A stretch of 47,892 nt of DNA from a virus: positions 1 to 47,892 of IMG/VR virus record IMGVR_UViG_3300045996_000711. One strand, 5' to 3'. Within the stretch, counting starts at the first letter, position 1. The number at the start of each line of letters is the position of its first letter. The position numbers were made by a program, and so were the translations under genes. The notes beneath the pieces were generated by a model. It worked only from the letters and a program-made list of their open reading frames with translations, was not told the origin of the DNA and did no database searches. Shown one piece after another: positions 33,854-43,151 of the stretch.

Positions 33854-35217
33854 GCCTCCGCAAACCGCTTTTCAATGGCCGCCAGAAAGGCGCGGGCTTG
33901 TTCTTCAGGGTCTTCCTCGACAACTTCCACGACCGGTGCAGGCTCGGGCTCCGCAGGAGTGGCAGGCTGAGCCGTGTTCTTAGCCGCTTCCGCAAGTGGC
34001 AAGTCCTGAAGTTGCTTGTAGACAGTATAGCCGCCTTCAAGCGGCGGCAAATTGAACTGGCGGCGCCCTTCGTTCGGCGTAGAAATACCATCCTTGCCCA
34101 GTTGGCCCCACACAGTTGCTCTCTTTTGCGGGTCCATACGAAGGAGCGGACCGGTATCCATTTCCAGTCCGAGCGGACGACTAATCGCCAACCCTTCTTC
34201 CAGCAGATTCTCTCGGGAGTCAATCAAGGGCTGAAGCGCCAAACGCTCATACATCCCCATCATGTCGTCCACTTTCATTCCGGCTGGGATTTGGCCGATG
34301 CCTACAATGAAAGGCGGTACGCCAAAAGGCTGGCAAATCTGCTCGTCGGAATATCGTAGCTGTTCAACCAACTGTGAATCTGCTGACTTGAAAGCAAAGC
34401 TGGTGAATTTCAGGTCGGCGCCAATGACCGCGACTTTTCCGCTATTGCTGCCTTGGAAGTTGGTATTCCAGTAGGTCTTAACGTCTTCTGCATCCTGCTG
34501 AGACATGCCCGCAGGCGCGGTCAGGATACCGCCCGGGTTGGCTCCATTGGCAAAGAACGAAGCCGCGTTCTTCAGAATTTTGAGGTTCTTGACCACCGGC
34601 CAATAGGCGGCGCACAGAGGCGGCACGCCGATAAGCTGATGGTGAAAAGTATTAAGACGGTCGTGAATAATATCCCGCGCGGGCACAATGATCTGTTCGC
34701 CGGGGTATCCGTTCGGCAGGAGATTGTCGGCAGTCGGGTAACTCAACTGGTAGAACACGTCTCCCGAATCGGACACCATGGGCAGCACACGGCAGGGATC
34801 AAGCACATACAGACGATCCACGACGCCACGGTTGTCACGACCTTTTAGAACGTACGTGTTGCCATGCAGCAAAATAGAGAGCGTCCAAGCTTCGTGAAAC
34901 TGCTGGGCGTTCTGGTAATGGTTGGGTTTCCGTAGAACCGGGCTGTACGCCGGGTTATCGACGTTGTGCCAAATGCCGTTCGCGTCTTCCTGCTGAAGCA
35001 GCATAGGAAGCGTACCCATATCCCGAGAGATACGGTTTAGGCACGCATAGAGCGTCGGGTAACACAGGATATCGGCCCGCTTCTCTTCGGCATTTTGCTG
35101 CCAAGCGCCCGGGAACGGCTCAAGTACTCGGCTACCCCAACCCCACCCACCTCGCCAATCGGCCACAGGAGTTAGCTGCTTCTCAGCCTTCGTAAGCTCC
35201 CAGCCGAAAATGCGCAT
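33850..35217 (-). CDS. Portal protein, HK97 family
   Basis: 455 aa from ATG 35217. LHGNTYVLKGRDNRGVVDRLYVLDP, IIHDRLNTFHHQLIGVPPL, ICQPFGVPPFIVG. Confidence 0.85.
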   Translation of the reverse strand: MRIFGWELTKAEKQLTPVADWRGGWGWGSRVLEPFPGAWQQNAEEKRADILCYPTLYACLNRISRDMGTLPMLLQQEDANGIWHNVDNPAYSPVLRKPNHYQNAQQFHEAWTLSILLHGNTYVLKGRDNRGVVDRLYVLDPCRVLPMVSDSGDVFYQLSYPTADNLLPNGYPGEQIIVPARDIIHDRLNTFHHQLIGVPPLCAAYWPVVKNLKILKNAASFFANGANPGGILTAPAGMSQQDAEDVKTYWNTNFQGSNSGKVAVIGADLKFTSFAFKSADSQLVEQLRYSDEQICQPFGVPPFIVGIGQIPAGMKVDDMMGMYERLALQPLIDSRENLLEEGLAISRPLGLEMDTGPLLRMDPQKRATVWGQLGKDGISTPNEGRRQFNLPPLEGGYTVYKQLQDLPLAEAAKNTAQPATPAEPEPAPVVEVVEEDPEEQARAFLAAIEKRFAEA

Positions 35218-35218
35218 C

Positions 35219-35515
35219 TTAGGCCTGCGCCTCACGCAGCGCCGCTTTGACCTTTTCCGCGCCCGCGCGGTGATGAACTTCCACGCCACGCTCTTTCGCC
35301 AGCGCGTGCAGTTCCTCGACCGTTAGGGAATCCAAACTGTCATAAACCTTGGTAGTGGGTGTTTCGGTAACTAATACGCGGGTCGGATAGGATTCCTCTG
35401 CCACCAGCATACGGTTGCGCAGGACACGAGCGACTGCCTCGTTCGTGCGCATGATGCGACCATTCTTGAGTCGGACTTCAACTTTCATCGGGACTCCATA
35501 GAAGGAGGAGGCCAT
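35219..35515 (-). CDS. Hypothetical protein (98 aa) with a Rho_N/SAP-like C-terminal motif
   Basis: ATG at 35515 after AAGGGAGGAGG. C-terminus LTVEELHALAKERGVEV. Confidence 0.5.
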   Translation of the reverse strand: MASSFYGVPMKVEVRLKNGRIMRTNEAVARVLRNRMLVAEESYPTRVLVTETPTTKVYDSLDSLTVEELHALAKERGVEVHHRAGAEKVKAALREAQA

Positions 35516-35535
35516 TAAGACCTCCTCCCTTAGTT

Positions 35536-36969
35536 TCAGCAGGTGGTAGGCATACCGTCGATCCACTGGATAGCGCCGCTTCGACGCGGACCCCACCAGA
35601 TAAAGCGTTCTGCTCTCAGCGCGATGCTGTTAGTCTGCCACATGCTCACGAACGGCGAGCCGTTGGAAGTCACCGTCGCCGAGCTGGAACCCACCGGGGT
35701 ATCGCTCATTTCGATAGTGGCTTGGTCGCTCCAATCCAACGTAACGGAACCGTCGTCAGCCAGCCAGATTTCCGACTCATCCACGAGGATGAAGGGAGCG
35801 CCGCCCGAACCGCCGTTCTGCGCAAGGTACTGCGAGACACGGACCGGAACGCCCATCAGAGTACCGCCCTGCGGCGTCATGCCCGGGAAGGCCACATTAC
35901 CCAACGGATCGATAGCGAAGGCCAGCATGCGAGCGACCGCAGGCGTGGTGTAATACGCCGGACGGGAACCCAGGTTGGTCGAATCCCACGGCTCCCACAG
36001 GGCCGCAATAGCACAACGAACGGAGGCCGGATCGGAATAATCAATGGCACCCACCACGGTCGGAGCAACGCCATTCAACAGGCCGGCCGGCGACACATTG
36101 GCAACCGCAGCCAAATCCGGGTCCATCAGATCATTGTCAATGCGAGCAATGACCGTATCGGCCAGCGAGTCACGCACCAGAGCTTCCGCAGACGGATCAG
36201 AGAAGCGGGCCAATTCCTGCGTCAACACCGAAATAGCGGCCACCTTGGTGAACGGAATGGTCGTGGCGTTGAAATCGAACTTGGTTACCGGCTTGGACTT
36301 ACCCTGACCTACCCAACTTGCCGAGCCGCCCGAAGTTTGGCCGTTAATACGGACATTGAACGGAACAGCGCGGAACTGAGCCTGCCCGATCAAGGTACGC
36401 GGACGCAGGAACTCGATGAAGTCGCCGCCAAAGGTATTGGCATAGACCAGCGGAGCTGCCCAGGTGGAATCGGTCGTGGTACCGGCCGGAACCGTCGCCT
36501 TGATCTGGAACATTTCAGCCAGATTCGCGCCTTCGGCCTGAGCTTTCAGGGTCTTGACGATGGATTCGGTCTTGGGGAAGTGCTTCTCAGCTAGCTTGTA
36601 GGCGGTTTCATGGTTGCCCTTCGCCTTCATCAAGCACATGGCGTAGCGGGCAAAAGCAATGCCCGGGTCAAGCTTCTCGGTTTCTTTCAGCACGATGTCC
36701 GAGCGCTGCAAATGGGAAACCTGGTTGTCTTTAGTTTCCACGGGAACCGCATTCTTAGCGGCCATCGCTTCCAGCTCGGTGTAAGTGGCGATGTCCCGGT
36801 CAAGCTGAGAAACCTCACCGCGAAGGGTCTTCACCTCTTCGGATTCAGCCTCGTTCATCGAACGATTCTCGTCCATCGCCGCCTTAGAGACGGTTTCAAT
36901 CTTGGAAAAAGTAGCGTCACGCGTGGCCTTAAGGCCAATCAGGTGTTCGCCATAGGTCTTACCGCTCAT
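35536..36969 (-). CDS. Major capsid protein, HK97 fold, with N-terminal delta (scaffold) domain
   Basis: 477 aa. N-terminal coiled coil of ~100 aa, then an HK97-type body. Directly downstream of the prohead protease. Confidence 0.85.
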   Translation of the reverse strand: MSGKTYGEHLIGLKATRDATFSKIETVSKAAMDENRSMNEAESEEVKTLRGEVSQLDRDIATYTELEAMAAKNAVPVETKDNQVSHLQRSDIVLKETEKLDPGIAFARYAMCLMKAKGNHETAYKLAEKHFPKTESIVKTLKAQAEGANLAEMFQIKATVPAGTTTDSTWAAPLVYANTFGGDFIEFLRPRTLIGQAQFRAVPFNVRINGQTSGGSASWVGQGKSKPVTKFDFNATTIPFTKVAAISVLTQELARFSDPSAEALVRDSLADTVIARIDNDLMDPDLAAVANVSPAGLLNGVAPTVVGAIDYSDPASVRCAIAALWEPWDSTNLGSRPAYYTTPAVARMLAFAIDPLGNVAFPGMTPQGGTLMGVPVRVSQYLAQNGGSGGAPFILVDESEIWLADDGSVTLDWSDQATIEMSDTPVGSSSATVTSNGSPFVSMWQTNSIALRAERFIWWGPRRSGAIQWIDGMPTTC

Positions 36970-37092
36970 TGCCGTATTCCTTCTTTGTGGGATAAGTCGC
37001 TATCGCAGCGAGTTTTGCGGCCTTGCGGCCTCTACAGCAAAGAGAGGCAATATCCGCTAAAAGTGGCCGGAGTCTCACCGGCCTGACCATCT

Positions 37093-37701
37093 TCAGGGTC
37101 TAGCAACGTCTCGCGACGTGACCAAACGAACAGAACCATCTGAACGCTTCTCGCGCTCAGACATAATCCGCACTAACGGGATGCCGCCATTAACTAGCTG
37201 AGGGCGAACGCCCAATGCAGACCGAATCATAGCAGGATCGCAGGACTTAAAAGCAGTAACAACCGCTTCCGGATTCGCTGGCACACCCACTAACGACAAC
37301 TCCAACATTTCCCACTTCTTGAACAGATAGCCGCCAGTCTTCATTATCTCGGCACCGCCCTCAAGCACCTTAAACCCGATGGAAACGGCGTCAAGGAGTC
37401 GGTATTTCAAGGAATGAAGGGCTTCGTTAACCCGGTCTTGGACGATTCCCGGCTCACTGATCTCCGGGATAGTGGCCTCAAAGGGAAGACCCGCGCGAGT
37501 CGCCTTGCCGAAAGTGACGTGACCTACCGGCATATCGTGCTTATGGTATAGGTGGAGTTTGACCGGGGCGCGGAATACGACGCCAGCCGGGTCAACCGAG
37601 TCGCCCACTCGATCTAGGGTCGGAGTAGTCGCAATGCCCCGAACGATACGGGCACTATCGTCAACCGATTTGACCTCTAGTAGACTCCAAGCCCTGTTCA
37701 T
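37093..37701 (-). CDS. Prohead maturation protease, HK97 family (S78)
   Basis: 202 aa. IVRGIATTPTLDRVGDSVDPAGVVF...LHLYHKHDMPVG...LELSLVGVPANPEA. Confidence 0.8.
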   Translation of the reverse strand: MNRAWSLLEVKSVDDSARIVRGIATTPTLDRVGDSVDPAGVVFRAPVKLHLYHKHDMPVGHVTFGKATRAGLPFEATIPEISEPGIVQDRVNEALHSLKYRLLDAVSIGFKVLEGGAEIMKTGGYLFKKWEMLELSLVGVPANPEAVVTAFKSCDPAMIRSALGVRPQLVNGGIPLVRIMSEREKRSDGSVRLVTSRDVARP

Positions 37702-38360
37702 GCTGACCTCTTAGCCCGATTTTGCGCCATCTTATCCCGAAAGGCCGGGTCATTCCACCGCGCCTTATTTTGAGCCGACCTAAGCGCCCTAAGCTCAGGA
37801 GTATAAGAGCGCTTGATTGACTCACTCATCTGGGCAGCCAATTCAGGGTTTTGCCAGTTCTTCCGAGAGGCTTCGCCACGCTTTTCACGCAGCTCAGGAG
37901 TGTAGGAACGCCGGATGGATTCGGCCATCTTCGCCCTAGTCTTAGGGTTACTCCACGTCTTCTCGGAAGCCTTTCGCATCGATTCAACGTGGGCTGAGCT
38001 CTTAGCAATCCCGCTACGCCTCTTGGAGGCCTTCTCACGCGCCTCGTCCGACCACTTTACACCAAGGGGCGATCCGGCGATAGGTGCCTTGTTGTAATCG
38101 CATCCGGCGTCAATATGGAACTGCTCACGCTCAATCAGTGAGTCACGGCGGCAATACTCAAGAACGGAAAACTCAAAAGACTCTGAGCCGTAAAGATTCC
38201 AAGACTTCTGGAGATGGTCGGAATGATGAGTCCCTTTCTTCAGCAGGCTTCTATGCGCTGCCCATCGCTGGATAAGCCTCACAGCGCTTCCTACATAACG
38301 CTTGCCGTTACGCAGGTTCCTGATCTCATAAATACCTGAACCTTCTAGGTCCATCCCCAC
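37698..38360 (-). CDS. GIY-YIG homing endonuclease (second copy)
   Basis: 220 aa. GIYEIRNLRNGKRYVGSA...RWAAH...N. Duplicated SxxRSYTPELR modules. Sits between terL and the protease. Confidence 0.85.
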   Translation of the reverse strand: MGMDLEGSGIYEIRNLRNGKRYVGSAVRLIQRWAAHRSLLKKGTHHSDHLQKSWNLYGSESFEFSVLEYCRRDSLIEREQFHIDAGCDYNKAPIAGSPLGVKWSDEAREKASKRRSGIAKSSAHVESMRKASEKTWSNPKTRAKMAESIRRSYTPELREKRGEASRKNWQNPELAAQMSESIKRSYTPELRALRSAQNKARWNDPAFRDKMAQNRAKRSA

Positions 38361-38362
38361 CC

Positions 38363-40237
38363 CTAAAGCGTCATCATGACGATAGGCTTTCTTTCTACCG
38401 TCATCGAATTGGCAGCCCCGAACGCGATAACTAGGGCTACCGCCGCATCTATCTTATTCGTTGCTTTGGCTTTTGACAACCATGCATTCTCCCACTTGTC
38501 CTTTTCCACCACGGCGGACATTATCGCGGAGATAACCACGGGGTTACGCCTGATCCGGATTCGCTTCTGAAGCATGGCTTCTTCCAGGAGCCGTAGCGAG
38601 GCCGGGAACCATAGCCCCTCAGCCTTTTTCCCCGCCCGCTCAGCAGCCTTTTCCATTTCCGGAGTCGGCTTGCCCTTTTTGGTTCCGCCCTGGGGATGCT
38701 CCACAAAGTTCATGGACAGCCCGATTTCGATGCATTCTTCCTCGAACCGGCGGAAGGCATAGCGGTCGTAGGCCACCATTTCCACCCTATAAGTTCCGTT
38801 ATCTTCTGCCAACGTCTGAGCTACGTGGCGATAATCGATACTTTGACCGGCCGGCGCGTGGATAAAACCTTGCTGTGACCATAGGCGATAGGGGATTTTG
38901 TCTCGCTTCTCTCGGGTATCCAGCGTGTCGCCCGGGGTCCATGCATCAATCCATGCATCAAAGGTCGGCCGCATGACCTTGGTGACATTGCCCTCTTTAT
39001 CCTTTACCTCGACCTCGACCTCGCCCGTCTGAACCACATTGGCCTTCGCCGTGATATCCCGGTTTTGCGACAGGTCTAGCCCGATATAAACCGACTTTCC
39101 GGCATATTGGGCCGGGTCAAATTGCTGAATGAGAGGCTCAACCACTTCTCGGCTCATCCAAGCTTCGTCGGCGTCGGTCCAGACGCAGAAGTTAAGCCGG
39201 AGCACGTCGTTTTGTTTTGATGGGATATCCTGAGCCAGCTTGACCCGTCCGGCAATGTATTCCTCGGTAATGGTGACCCCTAATAGAGGATTGGCCTTCT
39301 TCCAGCAGGAAGGGTCATCAAAGGGCTGGTCACCGTCGTCCAAGGCGCAGACATAGGCAAATGCCGCGTCGTCCAACGGTTCGCCAATAAATGTGGGATC
39401 TGTCACGGCATCTCGATTGCCCGCCGCCACCTTAACCGCCCATTCGTGCTCAGCCCAGCACACCGAATTTCGATCTGTTCCAGAGTTGGTAATCATGAAC
39501 AGAAGAGGCTGACGGCGGAACTTGAAGCCCGCTTCCAGCATTTCCAGAATCTTGGCGTCCGGCATTTCGTGGATTTCGTCGGCCAGGACGAAGTACGGCC
39601 GTGGCCCTGAACCTGTCTTGCCAGTGTCCTTGGAAACCGGCCGGAAGAACGAGCCTGAAGCGTGGTGGGCAATGTTGTATTCCCGGCCGGGACCGCCAGA
39701 GAACGAAAGGCGCTTCTTTAGGCTGGGGGATGCTTTCACCATCTTTACCGCGTCAGCGAACAGAATGCCCGCCTGATCGCGCTTGGAAGCAGCCGAGTAA
39801 ATCTGTGCCCCAGCCTCGCCATCAGAGGCTAGCCCGTACAACCCAATGCCGCCGGCAACAGGTGATTTCCCGTTACCCTTACCCATTTCTATGTAGGCTC
39901 GCCGGAAGCGGCGTGTGCCATCTTCCCGTATCCAGCCAAACAGATTCCCAACGATAAAGCACTGCGCTGGCTGTAGCTGAAACGGCAATCCCTCAAACTG
40001 TCCCTCGGACAGCATCAGGACATTTTCAAAGTAGTCGAAAGCGTGCTGGGCCGCGTCGCCATCAAAGTAAAGACCGCGCTCATGCCCGTCATCAAGGTCT
40101 TTCAGGAACCTGCGGCAAGCGTTCCGCACATGAGGGCCAGCAACCTCGACCCCAGCTAGAACGTCTTCTGCGTATTGCCTAGTTCGGCTTTCCGCCGAAG
40201 AAGCGGTCGTCAGGGTCTTCGTCGCCGTCGCCGGCAT
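38363..40237 (-). CDS. terL: Terminase large subunit (Terminase_1 family)
   Basis: 624 aa. Walker A-like MGKGNGKS. YFVLADEIHEM (Walker B). C-terminal nuclease region. Confidence 0.85.
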   Translation of the reverse strand: MPATATKTLTTASSAESRTRQYAEDVLAGVEVAGPHVRNACRRFLKDLDDGHERGLYFDGDAAQHAFDYFENVLMLSEGQFEGLPFQLQPAQCFIVGNLFGWIREDGTRRFRRAYIEMGKGNGKSPVAGGIGLYGLASDGEAGAQIYSAASKRDQAGILFADAVKMVKASPSLKKRLSFSGGPGREYNIAHHASGSFFRPVSKDTGKTGSGPRPYFVLADEIHEMPDAKILEMLEAGFKFRRQPLLFMITNSGTDRNSVCWAEHEWAVKVAAGNRDAVTDPTFIGEPLDDAAFAYVCALDDGDQPFDDPSCWKKANPLLGVTITEEYIAGRVKLAQDIPSKQNDVLRLNFCVWTDADEAWMSREVVEPLIQQFDPAQYAGKSVYIGLDLSQNRDITAKANVVQTGEVEVEVKDKEGNVTKVMRPTFDAWIDAWTPGDTLDTREKRDKIPYRLWSQQGFIHAPAGQSIDYRHVAQTLAEDNGTYRVEMVAYDRYAFRRFEEECIEIGLSMNFVEHPQGGTKKGKPTPEMEKAAERAGKKAEGLWFPASLRLLEEAMLQKRIRIRRNPVVISAIMSAVVEKDKWENAWLSKAKATNKIDAAVALVIAFGAANSMTVERKPIVMMTL

Positions 40238-40568
40238 GGTTCACCTTGGTCTCATCAACAGGGGTCGCCCCCAACTTGGAAAGGATCGCACTCAGGCTGT
40301 TTATAGCAGAAATAGCCAGCGGCTTACCCTCGTCCATCTTAGCCACAATCTGGCTTGCCAGCCTCAGCAATACCCGATGACCGCTATGCAACCAAGGCAT
40401 GTCCCCGGCCATATCCGACCATGCCGCCTTCTCTCCTTCAGTCATGGCCGCATAGGGCTTGCCAAGCGGTCTCGGCTTGGGACCCTTCCGATTCCTAAAG
40501 CGCTGGGGATCGTGCTGGGCTGCGCCAGATGCAATGGCTTTATCCAGTGGCACTCGTGGTCTTGGCAT
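40179..40568 (-). CDS. terS: Terminase small subunit, P27 family
   Basis: 129 aa. LHSGHRVLLRLASQIVAKMDEGKPLAISAINSLSAILSKLGATPVDETKV is typical of the P27 family. Confidence 0.7.
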   Translation of the reverse strand: MPRPRVPLDKAIASGAAQHDPQRFRNRKGPKPRPLGKPYAAMTEGEKAAWSDMAGDMPWLHSGHRVLLRLASQIVAKMDEGKPLAISAINSLSAILSKLGATPVDETKVNHAGDGDEDPDDRFFGGKPN

Positions 40569-40672
40569 TACTGTACTACCTAGTTCTGAATTGCGGATGT
40601 GTGAAGGAAGGTCCGAGGGGCGGTGTCCGGCAACCTGAATGGGAATGTCCGATTACCCCCCCCCTGCCAAGC

Positions 40673-41491
40673 TCAGAAAACCCGCTCCATAGGTCGTTCA
40701 ACTACGTACATTCTATTTCCCTTTTTACAGTTACAGCTTAGATGGGCTGGCTTACAGTTTGCATAGGAATGCTCGCCGCCCTTAGACAAGGGTACAACAT
40801 GGTCAACAGTGCCAAACAAAGGGTCGGGCCATTCAGCCTGCTTAGGAATAGAGTCTCCGCATAGATGGCATAGCCATTCTCCTGCGTCCATAACCACACC
40901 TCTGTCTACATCTTGCACATAAGCTGTGACCTTAGCAGCCTTGCGCTTGTACTCAGCTCGCCTGTGCCTATCCCTACCAACCTCAGTTTGCATCTCACGC
41001 CTGTAGTGTTCTACAGCTAAGACCTTAGTTCTTTGCTTCCTACATGCGCCAGAGCACGTTACCGACCGTCTACTAACAGTTAAGGAATCATAGGTCCCTT
41101 CGCACACTAAACAGGTTCTATATCTAGGCACTGACCTTAATTCTCTAGCGCTGCACTTTGCCCCGCAGTGTTTAGCCCCGTTAGTAATAGCGCCGCAATA
41201 TGAACAGGATGCTTCCTTTACAGCCCTAGGTTTAACATCTATCGAGCCAGTTCTACGAACCCGGTAATAGTGAGTCTCGCAGTAGGGACTGTTACCTGAT
41301 CTAATCAGCCTAACGCAATCAGCTACCGAACATACAATAGATGGCTTTGGTGACTTGGGAATGCACCCAGTGGTGCAATACTTCCTGTCCTTCCCACGAG
41401 ATACTTCATAACTGAATGATTTTAGGCAAGAAACGCACTGCCTAGTCCTTTTACGTGGGCCATCCATCTTCGCCAATTTCCTTCTTAGCAC
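40673..41491 (-). CDS. HNH endonuclease with a Cys-rich multi-zinc-knuckle N-terminal region
   Basis: 272 aa. CHLCGDSIP.....GTVDHVVPLSKGGEHSYANCKPAHLSCNCKKGN. Several C..C/C..H pairs upstream. Confidence 0.8.
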   Translation of the reverse strand: MLRRKLAKMDGPRKRTRQCVSCLKSFSYEVSRGKDRKYCTTGCIPKSPKPSIVCSVADCVRLIRSGNSPYCETHYYRVRRTGSIDVKPRAVKEASCSYCGAITNGAKHCGAKCSARELRSVPRYRTCLVCEGTYDSLTVSRRSVTCSGACRKQRTKVLAVEHYRREMQTEVGRDRHRRAEYKRKAAKVTAYVQDVDRGVVMDAGEWLCHLCGDSIPKQAEWPDPLFGTVDHVVPLSKGGEHSYANCKPAHLSCNCKKGNRMYVVERPMERVF

Positions 41492-41732
41492 TCACAGATA
41501 TTCCGCTTTCAATGAGCGTCTTCTTGGTATGACATTCTATGCATATAGATTGTAGCTGAGCCGGCTCACTAGTTCCGCCTTTGGCGAGAGGGATTATGTG
41601 ATCTACCTCTTGAGCCTCAGTGTATCTACCTGCTCTTAGACATGGCTGGCATAGGTACTTGTCCCTTAGCAAGATAGATTCCCTCAGCCTGCGCCAAGGT
41701 CTGCCTCCTCTGCCTTTGCCCCACTTACTCAT
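41451..41732 (-). CDS. Terminase-associated HNH endonuclease (HK97 gp74-like)
   Basis: 93 aa. RPWRRLRESILLRDKYLCQPC......EVDHIIPLAKGG......LQSICIECHTKKT. Confidence 0.8.
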   Translation of the reverse strand: MSKWGKGRGGRPWRRLRESILLRDKYLCQPCLRAGRYTEAQEVDHIIPLAKGGTSEPAQLQSICIECHTKKTLIESGISVSAKKEIGEDGWPT

Positions 41733-41929
41733 TCAGGGATCAGTCTATCTAGAACGTAATGGGCGTTGTAGTTCACCCAATAGAACTCTTTCAGGTCGAT
41801 CCCTTGAGCCTCAGCATCCTTAGCGATGACTTCTGGCACGTACACGGAGAATGGCTGCTCAGGAGGGAGGTCGTCTAACCTTCCTAGCAACTCAGCCATA
41901 GCCTTGCGTAGATCGTATTCCCTAGTCAT
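41729..41929 (-). CDS. Hypothetical protein (66 aa)
   Basis: Overlap-coupled ORF. Confidence 0.45.
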   Translation of the reverse strand: MTREYDLRKAMAELLGRLDDLPPEQPFSVYVPEVIAKDAEAQGIDLKEFYWVNYNAHYVLDRLIPE

Positions 41930-42129
41930 AGCGAATCGCCATTGACTTTATGGAATACCTTAACCAGCTTCTCTACTTGTTCTTCAGACGGATGGTACGT
42001 AGCCACTACAGTAACAACTTCATTAGGCAAAAACCGGACCTCAAGGCCTGAACAGGCATTAGTTGGCAACCCTAGGGCTACCAACGCCTCTAATCCGATT
42101 GGCTTGTTAGGATCGCCTGATATAGCCAT
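41926..42129 (-). CDS. Hypothetical protein (67 aa)
   Basis: Overlap-coupled ORF. Confidence 0.45.
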   Translation of the reverse strand: MAISGDPNKPIGLEALVALGLPTNACSGLEVRFLPNEVVTVVATYHPSEEQVEKLVKVFHKVNGDSL

Positions 42130-42335
42130 CAGTGGTCAGAGAGCGACGTATAGCCACCCTCTTCCTCTTCTTCGCCGCTTTCATCTTGCATTGCAGCATC
42201 AGCAATGACGCTTAGCGAATTTGCGATCCGGTCAAGGCAATCCGCCTGCCATAACGACGCCATCTGATCGACCGTTAAGCTATTCCCCGTCGCCTCGGCG
42301 TATTCCATCATCTGTTCCGAGTAGCTCTTTTTCAT
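42129..42335 (-). CDS. Hypothetical acidic protein (68 aa)
   Basis: RBS GAGGAAG upstream of the ATG. Confidence 0.45.
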   Translation of the reverse strand: MKKSYSEQMMEYAEATGNSLTVDQMASLWQADCLDRIANSLSVIADAAMQDESGEEEEEGGYTSLSDH

Positions 42336-42495
42336 TGTCTTCCTCGCCGTTAATACCCAACACCATACCCGCTGCCTCAGATACCACTAGGACCGCGCCG
42401 ATGGCCGCAGCCTGTACGCCCTGCCGCTTGAGCTTCTTAGCGTCTCTGATGGCCTGAAGCTTCTTCCTTCTCTCTGCGCAGGATTTGCAGGCCAT
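42280..42495 (-). CDS. Hypothetical small protein (71 aa), possibly membrane-associated
   Basis: ORF overlapping the next gene by 56 nt. AAAIGAVLVVSEAAGMVLGI hydrophobic stretch. Confidence 0.3.
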   Translation of the reverse strand: MACKSCAERRKKLQAIRDAKKLKRQGVQAAAIGAVLVVSEAAGMVLGINGEEDNEKELLGTDDGIRRGDGE

Positions 42496-42686
42496 TACAA
42501 TTTGCCTGTGAATTGAATATGAGGAGACGCTTCAAGAATAATTTCGCGGACTGTATAAGCGGCTCGAAACGCATCTTGGTAGCGGGGATGAGCTTCGCCA
42601 GATGCAACGGTACGGTTATTCCCCGCCAAAAGCCTCCATCTGTAGCCGTCCTTACTCTTGTAAACCTCAAATCTCGCCGATTTCAT
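42495..42686 (-). CDS. YegP/DUF1508-like protein
   Basis: 63 aa. FEVYKSKDGYRWRLLAGNNRTVASGEAHPRYQDAFRAAYTV matches the DUF1508 repeat pattern. Confidence 0.6.
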   Translation of the reverse strand: MKSARFEVYKSKDGYRWRLLAGNNRTVASGEAHPRYQDAFRAAYTVREIILEASPHIQFTGKL

Positions 42687-42885
42687 GGTTCAGTCCTGAT
42701 TTCATGGCCTGTAGGCCGTCGTGAATCTCGTTTATGACCTTTTGCTGGCGCCTTACGACGAAGAACCACCATAGGGACAGCAAGAACGCAAAGGCAGCTA
42801 TCCAGTTAAAGTCAGCCAGCGCAGTGCCTATAGCTGTCCCGTAGCCGAAATAAATCGTGATGGCCCACCAGTCGGTTTTCATCAC
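42667..42885 (-). CDS. Small membrane protein (72 aa, 2 TM)
   Basis: WWAITIYFGYGTAIGTALA and IAAFAFLLSLWWFFV. Confidence 0.5.
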   Translation of the reverse strand: MMKTDWWAITIYFGYGTAIGTALADFNWIAAFAFLLSLWWFFVVRRQQKVINEIHDGLQAMKSGLNHEIGEI

Positions 42886-43097
42886 AGCTCCCGATAGTTT
42901 TTGGCCGGAATCCAGCGCCCATCTTTCAGTTTAATCTTACATCCTTGGAATACTTTGTAATCAGACTGAAAGCCACTGTCATTCCACTCGTTGTCGCATT
43001 TTATATGTTCAACAGCAACCAACACCCAAAGTAGAACGGCCATGAACAAAATGGTGCTGAATACTATGCCAGCTATCTGCTTTCCTTCACTTCTCAT
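42882..43097 (-). CDS. Small membrane-anchored protein (71 aa)
   Basis: N-terminal TM IAGIVFSTILFMAVLLWVLVAV. Confidence 0.5.
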   Translation of the reverse strand: MRSEGKQIAGIVFSTILFMAVLLWVLVAVEHIKCDNEWNDSGFQSDYKVFQGCKIKLKDGRWIPAKNYREL

Positions 43098-43151
43098 ACT
43101 TCATACTCGCCGTTGTTTACACCTAAGAACGCAGACTGTAACCGAAACCGG

